From the human T2T-CHM13v2.0 reference genome, Homo sapiens, in NCBI RefSeq assembly GCF_009914755.1, contig NC_060948.1: a stretch of 64,000 nt of DNA; one strand, written 5' to 3'. Below are positions 31,290 to 47,885 of the stretch, piece by piece. How positions within the stretch are numbered: position 1 is the stretch's first letter; each line of letters begins with the position of its first letter. The notes under the pieces were generated by a model. The model made no database searches, was not told the origin of the DNA, and worked only from the letters and a program-made list of their open reading frames with translations. The position numbers and the translations under genes were made by a program.

Positions 31290-31885
31290 CTCAGAAAGGG
31301 CAACATCATTAATCAGTAGAGAAATACAAATCAGAATCACAATGAGATACCACCTCAGGCCTGTCAGAATGGTGACTATTAAAACGTCAAGAAATAACAG
31401 ATGCTGGAAAGTCTGTGGAGAGACAGGAAGACTTCTAAACTGTTGGTGGGAAAGTAAATTAGTGTCCACACTGTGGAAGACAGCGTGGTAATTTGTTCAA
31501 GGATCTAGAAACAACATTGACCGAGCAATGTCATTACTGGCTATCTACCCCCAAAATACAAATGTTTCATATTTGAAAGATACCTGCACGTGTATGTTTA
31601 TTGCAGTACAATTAACAGCAGCAAACACATAGAATCAACTCAAATGCCGACTTTACTCAGAGAACATTATCAACTAGATACATAAAATGTAGTACATATA
31701 CACAATGAAATACTTTGCAGCTTCAAAAAGCAATTAGATCATGTCTCTTGCAAGGACATGGATAAAGATGGAACCATCATCCTCAGCAAAGTAACACAGG
31801 AACAGAAAACCAAACACTACATTTCCTCACTCATGAGTCAGAGCTGAACACTGAGAACACCTGACACAGAAAAAGAAACCACACT
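31290..31885 (+). mobile_element. Older L1 (L1PA8-16/L1PB-like) ORF2 end and 3' UTR fragment
   Basis: Diverged caatgagataccacctca...ctcagcaaagtaacacaggaacagaaaacc; stops at cacactgggg. Confidence 0.8.
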
Positions 31886-35094
<3,209 letters not shown>

Positions 35095-35253
35095 AAAAAT
35101 ACAAAAATTAGTCAAGCATGGTGGTGTGTGTGTAGTCCCAGCTATTCAGGAGGCTGAGGCAGGAGAATTCCTTCATCCCAGGAGGCACTGGCTGCGGTAA
35201 GGTGAGACTGCACCCCAGCCTGGGTGACAGAGCAAGACTCTGTCTCAAAAAAA
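35095..35253 (+). mobile_element. Alu right arm (partner of 22885-23020)
   Basis: aaaaatacaaaaattag linker, right monomer and short A tail. Confidence 0.9.
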
Positions 35254-35279
35254 GATAAAAACTTTGGAAATATGACTGG

Positions 35280-38200
35280 TGTTGATGGAAACAGAGTATG
35301 AGTGAGGCTGATATGGGGAAACAGGAGGATTTATTTAGGTGCACCAGCTCAGTGAGCTTATATCCAAAAAGGCTGAGTATTGAATAAAGACTGAGCAGGG
35401 TTTTTATGAGCAAACTTACAGAAGCAGACCTAAAGCAACTAATTATACAATGAACAGTTATGTAATTTACAGCATAATTGTTGACTTGCATAACTTCTTG
35501 CCTTGCATAGCTGGGTTTTGCAGCTAGGTTGAAAGAGAAACAGGAACATACAGATTTTACGAAATACAAGCATTGGTAAACATAGTCATAATTAATGCTT
35601 CAGAGAAGGAGAGACAGTAAAGTAATTTGCTTTCCTTTTGAACTTTGCTTCAGTGTAGGGTATTTGTGACCCATTCCCTTGGCCTCAACTTTTTAGACAG
35701 TGTTATTTTATAACTGTCTTGGAGTGAGATAGCTACACAGAGAAAAACATGTTTTCTTTTCATTTGAACCCTTGTCTTGCCAAATTTTTCTGTTTTTTTA
35801 AAAAATCATTTTATAGGATAAATTTAATCGAAGGCATTAGTATCATTTTATTCTTTATGGGAAAGCATGTTTTCTTCTTTTGGCACAGGTTGACATTTAG
35901 TTAGAGCTATTAACTGAGTAGCAGTGGGCCTGGCTATGTTGTTTTGGGGCTATGTAGTATGAGTAGAGGGTGGGCATCATTTTTTGGGTGCTTTTTTATA
36001 TCAAGGTTATGTGGGGAAAGTGTTAGCTTTCCTGTTTCTTTTGGCTTTTGACTTCCCTGCCTTTTGGTGTTCCAGATAATGCACTATTGCCACTTTTTCT
36101 GGAGCATATACAGCTGCTAAGAGCTGTAGGATTTTTTCTGTCCACTTTATTTATTTGCCTCCAGTTGTCAAGAAATTTTCTTTTTATATATAGTTCTATG
36201 AACATGTAGTGTGGTAAAAGCATATTTAGAATGTGTTTAAATATTGACCTTTTTTTCTTTTGCAGCAAAAGGGCTCTTGTTCGGTCTATTAATTTTGCCT
36301 TTTGGTCTCATGTTCCAGTAGGCAAAGATTGAGCTTCTATCATTGAGTTTAATGTTACCACTGCATACTCGGCTTGTTGGATTTTTTTCTAGCTCAAAAC
36401 TCTTTCAGTTATGAAGTATTCAACATCTGGGTTTTTGAGGGATTGATCTGTAAGATCTCCTGGTTCAGCAAATACGTGATCCACTGTTTAGACACAGTTA
36501 TGGAGGGGAGCATCAAATTTGACTGGGAGCAGGGTGGTTGGGCTTAAGTTGTTTGCTGTATTTTAAGTAATGTAAGGGTTTTCATATAGAAGTCCTTGGT
36601 ACTGCGTTATTCTCAGATTTGACAACTAATGATGGCTTATTTGTTCATCAAAGTTTTGACTGAGTGTGGCACATGGACTGTTAGCTGCTGTCTCAAAGTA
36701 AGTGTGTTATCCTCTTGCATTAGCAAGGCAGTGGTGGCTAATGCCTTAAGGCAAGGAGGCCATCCTAGTGCCACAGAGTCTAATTGTTTAGATTAGTATT
36801 TGACTGGACAATGCTATAATTTTATAATTTCAGTTAAGAACCACATAGCCATTTCTTTTCATTTATGCAGGTACAGAAAGAAAGGCTAAGTTACATTTGG
36901 CAGACCAAAGGCTGGGACTTGAGTTAAGGGTTTTTTTGATTTTTTTAAATGATATTTGCTGTTTAGTTTGCCAGAGGAGGGTTTCGTTTTTACCCCTTTT
37001 GTAATATTATATAATGGCTTAGCCATCAGTGAAAAATTTATGATTTAGATATGGTGGAATTTTTCTTCTTTTAAGAATTTTTTAATGTAATGCCTAGTGG
37101 TTTGTGTCAGGAGTGTACAAACGGCCTGTTTCTGCTTATGGCCAAGCTGGCATTCCACATGGCTTACTATGAAACCTACATATTTGACATTTTTATGAAT
37201 AATTGGTCCTTTTTTAAAAGATAATTTTAGCCTGTTTTTCATAGGAGATGGAGGAGGTCTTGAGTTTTTTGATAACAGTCCTCCTGGGTTGGGGCTGCTA
37301 GAGGAAGGTCATCCACATACTGCAACAAGGCACAGTTAACATTTGGCAGGTTGTAGGCTTCAAGGTCAGTGCTTCCCTAAAGACTGTAGGAGAGTCTTTG
37401 AACTTGCGGGAGCCTGGCCCAGGTGAGTTGAACAACTTATTTGTTTTATTGAAATGCAAATATAGGGTGACTAACTGGGGCTAAGCAGATATAAAAGAAT
37501 ACATTCTTTAAATTTAGGACTGCAAATCAGGTAGCACTTGCTGGAATGAGATTTATTAAAATACACATGTTCCAAAAGTGGAGTGTTTTAGAGCAATTGA
37601 CATCGAACTAAGACTTCATGTTGGTAAGGCCAGTTTAAATATTTACAGATACCTGGAATAGCTTCTCAGGGGACTGGGTACTGATGAACCCAAATCGGAG
37701 TTTCTTTTGGTTTTAACATGACTACCACCTGTGCATGATGTACAGCTAATCCAAGTAGGTTGCCTTTAACCCATACTCCAGAAATGTTATTAACTAAGTG
37801 AAATAATTTTTTTTTATCCCACCTGCAATTCTAATTTGCTGCTTGCACTTTCTTTGTATAAAGTTTCCATTCCTTAGCCTGCAGGATGATAAGGGTTAGC
37901 ACCATGCTTTTTTGGAGAGTCAGAAAAAAAGTTGTTTTTTTTTTTTTTGCAGCTGAAATGTAATTGGTGCTTTCAGTTTTTGGAGTAATTTTTTTTTTTC
38001 TTAACAAGGGAACTGGACAATTCAGGAGGTATAGGAATTTATGTTGAACTTCCCATCCTTTGATGACACACCTCCTTACCAGAACAGCTTTTTTCTCTGA
38101 GATTCCTGTGGCTTTTATAATAGTTTTATAGCTTCAGATAGTGGCCCTATGGGTTGAGTCAGTATTGAATGTGTAGCCCTGGTGTTTACATAAAGTCCAT

Positions 38201-40785
38201 CAGCTGGCCTTCAACTTTTAATGTGACCATGGGCCAATGGAGTTGTAATAAGAAAAAGCCTGGTCTGTCCTAGTACCCATATCCTTTAGTGCCAGCCAGC
38301 CTGTTTAGATTCGTATTTGATTTTCCCACAGTGAGGCAGCCCTTAGCTGGACTCTTTTATACCACAGTCCTGATTATACTTTTTATTACCTTCTGGACAT
38401 TTATTCTTTCAGTATTTTTCTTTTGCATCACACACATTGTTTTCTCTCTAGCCTCGGCTGGCTTTTAAATTTTTGACTAAATTGACATCTTTCACATGCA
38501 CGTGCACATCCACATTCTTGTATATTGCTAGTCATTTTTTTAATGAGAGCTGCTGCTAAGAGATTGGCCTTTTTTAAACCTCTGATTTGCTTTTTTTTTT
38601 TTTCTTTGCTTCCTGGTGATGGTTAACCTACATTTTGGTGGCCATTTCTGTAAGCTGGGTTGTATTCGTGCCTGCAAAACCATGTACTTTTTGCAGCTGG
38701 TGCATTGGCTTCTAGCCCTTGATGGGATGCCTGAGTTATCCTCTGGCACTCCTCCATGTTGAACAATGTTAAGATAAGTTATCTTCAATTTAGCCAGGTT
38801 GGATTGTGTGTTAGAAAGGTGGACTGTGTTAGATTTATGAGAGCTTGGGGCTTTTCCTTGTAGGAGTTAGTGTGTTGATTTACATTTAGGAGATTAGTGG
38901 TTGAAAAGGGCTGATAGAGGAAGGTTTGCTGCCCCCCACACCAGGATGTGGCACTGGTCATTATAACAGATGAGTCCTTGCATTTCCCTGAGAGGTATTT
39001 ACATAGCTTGACCATGATCAGATTTGAGGCAGCCTGGTTCACTATCCTGAATTCCATCACTGGCCTCTCAAGGCTCCAATTCTTCCCTCTGGGGTGAAAC
39101 CTGGGGTGTACTGGCAATGGAACCTAGCTCCTGGGGGGCTGTTTGCCTCAGCAAAGGGAGGTAGGCTATGAAAAATGGAGGAGAATTTTTTTTTCCTTTT
39201 GTAGTTTTTTAAAACTGGGTTTCCTTTCTGTCCTTGGGACTTTCCTTTTAACTCAGTGTTTGCTGGTGAAGCTGCTTCTATTTTCACTTTTGGCTCGGCC
39301 TGCGCTACAAGTGTTTTGCAATAAGCTGTGAAGCAGGGCTGGATTCATGTTGTTCTTGTTTGTATTATATTTAATTATGAGTTAATATAAGAAAATTGGT
39401 CTGGGTACCCTGGCTATACTCAGACCCCTGTCATTACCTCAAACTCATGACCAATTCTTTCTATGTGTATAGTTTTTTGGGTCACCTATTTAATACCAAA
39501 AGGGGGCCATTTTAGTTTACAGAGAGCTTTTTACCTTTGCAGGGTTAGCTTAATTTTATAGTTTCCTGTAAACCCTTTCTTAAAGTTTTTTTTAGCATAT
39601 ATTTGAATGATGTATATTGTGACAACTCTCTTCCCATTTCTTTTCAGTTATGATGCAGTGTACTCGTGCTCACTTTTTACCTTTGTTTCCAGCCAGTTAG
39701 ACCATCTCCTATTATGGGGGTTTTTAGATACTACTTAGCTTTGGAGAGTTTCTTAAGCCCAACACAATTGCTGAAGTTGTGGGGTAGCTTCTTTTAGCCA
39801 TATGTGGATCACCACTAGTCTTGATCAGCCCCACACTTGGCTTGGAACACATTCTTCACTAAGAGACTTGTGGTTCCTCACTTTATGGCCGATTAGCCTA
39901 GTTAGGCCTCACCACTCACACATCATCCTTCTACCAGTTCTCATGTTCCTGGTTGGGGTGGCGAGTCACTTTCACCACCTCCAGTTTCCTTCTGAGCTGA
40001 TTTAGTGAGCCACTGTCACATGCTGTGTTGGTTGAGGTGTAAGTTTCTTCTGAATTGGTGAACCACTCTTGCGGCCTGCAGCACCTCTGGGTTGGATTAC
40101 CGGTTATAACCTAGGAGGTGATTAGGCTCCCTTTTGGTCCTTGTGGGATGTGTCCTGCCTTGGGTCCCAATACCTTACTGTGGTTTCTGAAGTGAGCTGT
40201 TCCTGGAATCGTCCTATAACCCATTAGGTACCATTGCACTGCTTGGTAGGGGCACGAGGTCACAAAATGGCTGATCTCCCCTCCAGGCTGAAGTTCTCCC
40301 AGTGGTGCTCCTTGGGTCACAGGACTCCTGAGACCCAGGGCTTAAGCCCCAGGGGCAAAGGAGACAGGAAACCTGTCATCTCCACTCCTGGCTGACTGGC
40401 CAATAATGTTGTGGGAAGCAGAGGACCACAGAGATTAATATGGGGAAATAGGAGGATGTATTTAGGTGCCCTGGCTCAGCAGACTTATATCCAAAAATGC
40501 TGAGCATTGAACAAAGACTGAGGGGGATATTTGTAAGCCAAATTACAAAAGCAGAACTACAGAAGCTAATTTGACAATGACAGGTTACATAATTTATAGC
40601 ATAACTGTTGAGTTAGCATAACTTTAGCCTTGCATAGCTTGTAGCCTTGTAGCTGCATTGAAAAGACAAAAAAAAAAACAGTAAGCTTCAAATCTTACTA
40701 AATACAAGCATTGGGAAACATAGTCATAATTAATGTTTCAGAGAAGAAGAGACGTTATAGATATTTATTTTTCTTTTCTTTTCAG
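35280..40785 (-). mobile_element. HERV3/HERV-R-like provirus: two LTRs, gag-pro-pol remnants, integrase and env deleted, G-to-A hypermutated
   Basis: Direct-repeat LTRs 35280-~35783 and 40407-~40785; gag YQPFSTTNLLN...KPQALINLTQSTFLTHNPTW; RT LQYVDDL (~37310-37325); RNase H remnants to ~35800. Confidence 0.92.
40385..40402 (-). promoter_or_regulatory. Retroviral primer-binding site, tRNA-Arg-like
   Basis: Minus strand TGGCCAGTCAGCCAGGAG after LTR ...CAACA; close to the tRNA-Arg PBS TGGCGAGCCAGCCAGGAG used by HERV-R/HERV3. Confidence 0.75.
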
Positions 40786-41002
40786 TGCAGACACTGAAGC
40801 TTGAGCCTGGAATTGTGGAGCCAGTTCTCTCTGCTGTGGGGCCCATGTATGGGTAGAAGTCTCCTCATGACTCAAATCACAGCCTTGGTAACCCACTAGT
40901 CCAGTTCCTAAAAACACCCACTCCTTAGTGTTTCAAGAATCATGCTCTAGAGTCCACTGCCACATTTGAATTTATTGCAATGTTATGGAAATGAGAATTT
41001 TA

Positions 41003-41332
<330 letters not shown>

Positions 41333-41768
41333 ATGTATCTGTTTATATTTCAATGCCAAAATATTTTAAATGACTTTTTAATGATGTGTATAATTTTTCC
41401 AAGTTTAGAAATAAACTCCATTTGTTTGCTTTCACATATTTTGTACATTTGTTTTTATCTTAATAAACTGAGTCTATTGACAGAACTATGAAGATGCTTA
41501 TTTATACCATATCTCATGTTCTACATGTCCAGTTTAGCAAATATGCATTATCCACTTATTTGCTAAAAGCCATCCTTTTTTCTCTTCATAATTTAGATGA
41601 TTCTCAAATATCACACATCATTTTGCAATCTGATTCTAACTTCTATACTGCCAAATGGTCTGCAAAATTAACCTAAAAAAAAAAAAAAAAACAAACAAAA
41701 TAAGTGAAGGCTGACAGAGTAAGTAACGTGATTCAGCTGAAGCTAGTCAATCAGAAAGTTGTACTTAC

Positions 41769-41879
41769 CGAAACTTTTGGTCTGGAGGGTTGGAGAGGCT
41801 GTGCCTTGACTCAGTGGGTGATTGCTGGGGCATTCTGTCAGAACAAGGACTGGGGAACCCACATGTAATCTGTCCAGAC
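41769..41879 (-). pseudogene. OFD1P: OFD1 pseudo-exon 17
   Basis: cttag|GTCTGGACAGA... = [29 protein letters not shown], ending |gtaagt; OFD1 has [29 protein letters not shown]. Confidence 0.92.
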
Positions 41880-42252
41880 CTAAGGTTCAGAAGGAACCAA
41901 GGCAAGAATATTACCAGGTGCATGAAGATACCAAGCGGTTTCTAAAGAGCTCTATTAGTTCAAAAATAAATTGTTATCCTTGCAAATAGCAAATTATGAT
42001 GCATAAGATCCACAAAACTAATGATTCAAACACCTAAGTTAATTGCACTGGCAATAATAAAATGCATGAAAGTAACAGGCAGCAAAGGAAAGACAGCTCT
42101 TAGTATCTAAACACCTCTGTGTGTAAAGGAGACACTAGACCTTGCCAGTCTGTCCTGCTGACTCTCACAGCAACCCTCTATCATGGGTGGAGAGATGGAG
42201 GGTAGCTACCCAACTCCAGAGCAGCACACAACGCTTTGTCCAGGTGGCTAAC

Positions 42253-42868
42253 CTTCCAGATACATTTCACTTTAAGGTTCTTTTTGCTTTCGGAAAAGGG
42301 GTAGAGAAGACTTGTCTGGAGGAAATGCCACTGTGTAGCCTCAACACTGCACTGCCCATGAGTGCTTCCAGGTGCCAGTCCTTTAATCTTTAAGTTTTTT
42401 TCACTTGAGGCTGCTCAGAGACAACTCTGTCCTCTGCAAATATATGGCTTTCTAGAGAACTGGAAGTAATGTTTTTGAAAGCTTTCAGCAAGTGCAGAGA
42501 TGGTGAGCTCTTTGCTGGTAGTGGGCTTTTGGTATGATGTTAACGACTCTCAGATAGCAACTTCTGAAAGCCTTTTCCAAGGGTCTGTCCTCTTACTTAA
42601 GCTCTTTGCCTCTTGCTTAAGCTCTTTGACCCTTGCTTAGTATTAACTACAAACTCAAGGTCAGAATTGGAAGGACTACCCTCCACAGCTCCATTTGGAA
42701 AATTTGGGATCCTTGATGTTACCATACCTCTTTTCTGTTTAAGAGAATCGTTCAAGAAATCCTGATGTATAGCACCATTGCAAGGCACCATATTGCCACT
42801 TATTAATCCACTGACAGAATGATGGATCAGATGCTGCTTTGGATTACAGTACACTTTATTCTCTAGGG
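42253..42868 (-). pseudogene. OFD1P: OFD1 pseudo-exon 16 (large exon)
   Basis: [12 protein letters not shown]...GNMVPCNG...[17 protein letters not shown], frameshifts, ending EMYLE|gttag; tgcag acceptor. Confidence 0.93.
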
Positions 42869-43959
42869 CTGCAGAGTACAAAATGCTAATTTCAAAAGTG
42901 AGTGGACACAGAAGAGAAGAAAATTCATGTAATTGAGAATATTATTGTTTTGAAAAGTTGAAGAGAGCAATAATAAGGACAAACTTCCACATTAAACAGT
43001 TTCTGATGCCATGGTAGTGATAACCACTAATATTTATTGAGGGCTTATTGTACCAGCTACAGCTTCATGTGTCTTTTGTAACACAGTACAACTTCAGAAT
43101 CCATTATGCACAATTTCCACATCCCCACAGCTCTGAAAATTGAAAATTTATTCATAACTTAGGGGCATAGCCTAGCCAGACATGAACTCATTTGGTTAAA
43201 TACTATGACCTGAAATGACGTGAACCCATATATTATCTTTATTTGCCCCGGCATGAATATTCATACAGTTGACTGGAAAATAACTAATGCATTTCACTAC
43301 AGCAGGTACTACAGAATTCACATGCTGTGGATTTCGTGTGCTGTGAAATCCACAGCATACGGCATGAGTTTCAGACAAAAAGTAAGAACCTGCATTCACA
43401 AAAACACTGTGGTCAAGGAATTCTCACAGCTTCCGTTTTATAGATGGGAGACTAAAGCTTATTGACCCTGGGTCACACCGTTAGCAGGTTCAAGAGCTAC
43501 TGCACTTTCCTAAGGCAAAGCCAGTGCCTGTGTCTCACTGTCCTGAAATGCCTTCCAATGAAGCTGTGAGAAAGAAGCTTGCCCTCCTCATTGCATGCAA
43601 GTGCAAAAGTTCTATTCCCATTCAACTATTTTTATTAACATGAGACTATGGTTTCAGCTGTGAGAAGTTTCACAAACAGAACTGAAAGGAAAATGAGACC
43701 AGAAAGGAGAAGAAATGTGTAAAGAGTTAAAAATAAGTCAAGTGCTGGTAGAAGAGAGCAAGGAACTTATGAGGAAAAAGTGCAAAGGGGAACGAGGAAG
43801 GCTCAGAACAAGTTTGAGAAACCAGTTAACTGGTAACACAAACACACTTTCTTTGAGCTTGAAAGCAACTGAAGAAGAAAGCATCTAAGCTTCAATATCC
43901 TTATTATGAAGTAGGAAGGGGCACAGATGTATCCACAGTGAACACACAATAATAAAATC

Positions 43960-44210
43960 ATACCAATCATACCAATCACCACTTATTGAGTGTTTTCTTA
44001 TGTCCCAGGCACTGCGTTGTAACCCATCTCCTTTCATCACTTTCATCATGGCTCAATAGGCATTATTTTCCCCATTAAAAATGAGGAAACTGAGGCCCAA
44101 TGAAGTTAAGGTAACATGTCCAAGATTAAACAACTAACTTCAAAACAGGGATCCAAAAGAACAGTTGTCTGATTCTGAGAGCAATGTTCTCTTTGCTAAA
44201 CTGCCTTGCT
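43960..44210. mobile_element. MIR
   Basis: Core motif cccatt...atgaggaaactgaggccca...gaagttaag. Confidence 0.75.
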
Positions 44211-44585
44211 CCTCCTGTGTGTGCATATATCTATCAAGGAATCCATAAAATTACTGAACTGCTGTTAACATTGAGGTAACAAATAGAAAAGAAATTTCTA
44301 AGATAAACCTGGAGACTTCTATGTCACCACCACGCCTTTCCCATTTGAGACACAAGGCTCTCCCAAGCCATGAGGCACCTATGAAACAAGTGACTTTTGC
44401 TGATGATCCAGATGGTATTACCAAAGTGGATAGGGAGTTTTACTTCTAAGATGACACACGTTTCTGTGGCTTTTCCTCTAACATAACAATTACTTAATAT
44501 TCAATAAATTAGGGTCATTACATTTTCACAAGCATCAGAAGCTTTACACACAGAAAAATATTCATAGATTTAAAATGTCTCTAAC

Positions 44586-44695
44586 CTGTCTGAGTTTGCT
44601 TCAGTTGCAATACAAAATCGGTCACCTGAATACTTAACTTTTTACGGAAGTTTGTAATCTAGTATCTGGGCCTTCAGCCACCCAGAATGCTCATT
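44586..44695 (-). pseudogene. OFD1P: OFD1 pseudo-exon 15
   Basis: ttcag|NEHSGWLKAQILDYK...LQLKQTQT|gttag versus OFD1 IEHSAQLKAQILGYK...LQLKQTQT. Confidence 0.9.
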
Positions 44696-45231
44696 CTGAA
44701 AAGATTCAGAATCAGAAAAGAAATTATTGCAAAACAAATCACGGCTTGCTTCACAAGGAGACGTTTTCTTATCCTGTTTGTACTCTTTTAATTGAGAATA
44801 TTTATGCCAGTAAACAACAGGGTCCCTATTTTAAAAATGACAAACAGAACACAAACTAGGTGGGTTTAACAGATTTCACCATCTTTTTCAGTCATATCAA
44901 AACATTCTAGGGCATGTGGGCAGAAGACACGGTGAATGTTTGTAATCCTTAGGGTGAGAATCCAGAGATAACAGTGGAAAAAATCTGGCACTCTGAAAAT
45001 TTTACATTTAGGTGTGTTTGCTTTCTTCTCCATGTTATTGCTATTATGAATATAAGATCATATTATCACTAGAGAATTTTCTCAGATGACAAAGAGAAAC
45101 TTTACTATATTTGGGGGAGTAATGTTTGATATTAAAATAAATCTGATTTGCACAGGTGTGACTTGGGCCAAGTTTACATACTGAAGAAGTGTATTTGTAT
45201 CAAAGTGGAACTGGCAAGGAGCAAGACTCAC

Positions 45232-45361
45232 TGCATCTTGCAGTTGTACTGCAGAGCTGGCCTGTGATTTTTGAACTCCTCATGCTCAGCTATGATAGCA
45301 TTTCCTGCTTTCTGCAGTTCTTTCTGAAATACCACAATTTCATGAGCCAGTGGAGCCAGAT
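45232..45361 (-). pseudogene. OFD1P: OFD1 pseudo-exon 14
   Basis: EIVVFQKELQKAGNAIIAEHEEFKNHRPAL...QLQD|gtgagt; acceptor apparently AG-to-AT. Confidence 0.88.
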
Positions 45362-46748
45362 ATAAGAAGGCCAAAAGAAATCCTAGTCATTATCTACCTT
45401 AAGTTTTCTTATTTCATTTAACAGAAACATTTAAACAGCTTTTACATTGTTGTTTCTTTTCTTGGTACTCATGCAATAAATATAATATTAATTCTATTTA
45501 ATGATCTCAGAGTAGTCCTAACACTCAAATTTCAGAACAAAAGTATTTAGTGCATTTTATTGCAAACGTTATTACTCTTGGAGTCCTACTCCAAGTAAAA
45601 GAACTCTTTCAAATCCTCAGATTAACCTAAATAGCTGTTTCTCTCCTATACCATGAAGAGAAGGAGCTCTCTGTCTGGTCTACCTGTTGATGACATCCCC
45701 AACATCCAAAATAATCTGTGCATCTGTCAGCAGCAGTTGGGATCCAGGCAGAAAGCAGATGGCTCCTACAGACAAAGTCATCTAAGAGTCCTTTAATAAA
45801 GGGTGACTTATGCAGCATGCCCACAAATGTTGGGGAAGTTCCCTTACATAGTAACAGGGCCACTCTATGAGCACTGACTACTCTAAGGAAAGTTAAAGGC
45901 TCTAGGTATTACCTCCCTCTGCTGGCAATCTGGAAGGCCATGGAGAGGTAAAAACTACATTTATTTTGTATGTATCCTGAGAAAGAGGAAATAGCAGTAG
46001 AGGAAATTGAGGTAGGGAAGTGATAAACTCTCTGCCAAAATGTTGTTCCTTATTTTTTTTTCTGTCTCTCTTGATTAACTTACTTTTTCATTATTGCCAA
46101 AAGAAGAGTAAGGTAGGCAGAGGTTAGAATCAAACAAATCAAATCTAAAGAAGGGAGAAAACAATATTAAAGAATATGGAGGCACATTTTTTAATGAACG
46201 AAGATTCCTGGCATATCTATTTTTGTCAATTAACAAAACATTCCCAGTTGAAAATAAGGCTTATTGCACAAACTACAGACAGATGAGCTTTCAGTCAATC
46301 CCAGGTAAGATCTGAAGAATGAAATATTTGTGAGCACTTAAAAAAGGTGAATAACACAAAAGAAATAATTTCACCCAATGCAAATAAAGTCAGACTACCA
46401 TACTTTCTTTGTTGAGCATAGAGCTGGTAAAAGCTGCAGGTGTAGAACTCAGTTCTGGACATATGGAACTCAGTTACTGGACATAAACAAACAAAACTAT
46501 CAGAACTGAAGGATTGAAATTAACTGCAAAATGTATGATCTGTTCAAGTATTGGTGGCCTCTCAAAATTTTCTGTCTGGTCTTACTGTAAGCTGGTGATA
46601 GCATCTCAGTCTCTTTTTCATCTTAATATTTAATATGTCAAAAGCAAAACCCTAGTGTTTTTTCCTCTTAATTTGTATTTTCTAATTATAGGTGATATCA
46701 CCTTTATAAAGAAGAACTCTACTTGGCAATAAACATTAGAATATTGTG

Positions 46749-46749
<1 letters not shown>

Positions 46750-46783
<34 letters not shown>
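46750..46783. repeat. (TA)n microsatellite
   Basis: Perfect TA run of about 16 units. Confidence 0.95.
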
Positions 46784-46787
<4 letters not shown>

Positions 46788-46881
46788 GTTACTGTGTATA
46801 CATATATACTATATATGCATATATATAGTAATTTTTTTACTCTCATAATTCTGAGTTTCAAAAATAAACATGCATACTTAA

Positions 46882-46988
46882 AATTCAAAAGCTTCAACCC
46901 AGTGCTTCAGCACTACTTCTCTTCCTCTTAGCAAATCCATGGCTTTTACTTAAAGTTGCCTTTGGCCATAAATTTCTTTTATGTCAAT
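46882..46988 (-). pseudogene. OFD1P: OFD1 pseudo-exon 9 (107 bp)
   Basis: gtag|[34 protein letters not shown] versus OFD1 [35 protein letters not shown]; donor GT-to-TT. Confidence 0.9.
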
Positions 46989-47107
46989 CTACATAGAAAA
47001 TTATTAATTTTTCGCAAGAAAACTGATGAAAGCCAAACTGATGTAAATGAATATACTGTTTTCTAAATTCCACAAAGCAACAATTTCACCTTCAAGAGAC
47101 TCCAACT

Positions 47108-47405
47108 TGGCTGGTTACTGTGGCTCACAACTGTTATCTTAGCACTTTGGGAGGCCAATGTGGTAGGATCACCTGAGGTCAGGAGTTCAAGGCCAGCCTG
47201 TGTAGCATTGTAAAACCACATCTCTAACAAAATGCAAAAATTAGCCAGGCATCATGGCGGGAACCTGTAGTTTCTGCTACTCAGGAGGCTGAGGCAAGGG
47301 AATCACCTGAACCTGGGAGACAAAGGTGGTTGTGGTGACCTGATAATTACCATGGAACTCCAGCCATGGTGACAGAGTGAGACTCCATCTAAAAAAAAAA
47401 AAAAA
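47108..47405 (+). mobile_element. Alu (AluS-like)
   Basis: Full dimer with poly-A. Confidence 0.92.
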
Positions 47406-47599
47406 TTCCAGACTTGAGTTTGAATTTTTTCAACCTATTGGAAAGCAAAGTTTCAAACTTATACAACTAGATATTCTAGCTGCATACAAATTGACTCTCC
47501 TAATTACTATTTACCTGTATTTTCATATGTTCCTAACATCCCTTATGTAATATATGCTACTTAGTGCTTTAAAATCTCCAGTCCTTTATCTAAAAAAGA

Positions 47600-47885
47600 T
47601 TTTTTGACAGGTTCCTGCCCTATTGCCTAGGCTGTAGTGCACTGGCGTGGTCTTGACCCACTACAACCTCTGCCTCCTGGCCTCAAGGGATCCTCCTACC
47701 TCAGCCCCCCGAGTAGCTGGGACTACAAGCACACACCACCAAGTCCGGCTAATTTTTTGTGTTTTTTATAGAGATGGGCTTTGTCAAGCTGCTCAGACTG
47801 CTCTTGAACCTCTGGGTTCAAATGACATGCCCACCTCAGCCTCTCAAAATGCTGGGACTGCAGGCATAAGCCACCACACCTGGTC
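47600..47885 (-). mobile_element. Alu (AluJ-like)
   Basis: Diverged dimer with the J-type gatcctcctacctcagcc motif. Confidence 0.85.

Noticed and set aside
41560-41700. Poly-T/AG followed by exon-like sequence on the minus strand
   Set aside because: All frames contain stops and none matches a recognised protein; fits OFD1 intron 17 with an A-run.
47085-47440. Apparent small exon split by an Alu
   Set aside because: The similar flanks (gactccaactt / ttccagactt) are better read as a decayed TSD, and no OFD1 peptide matches.
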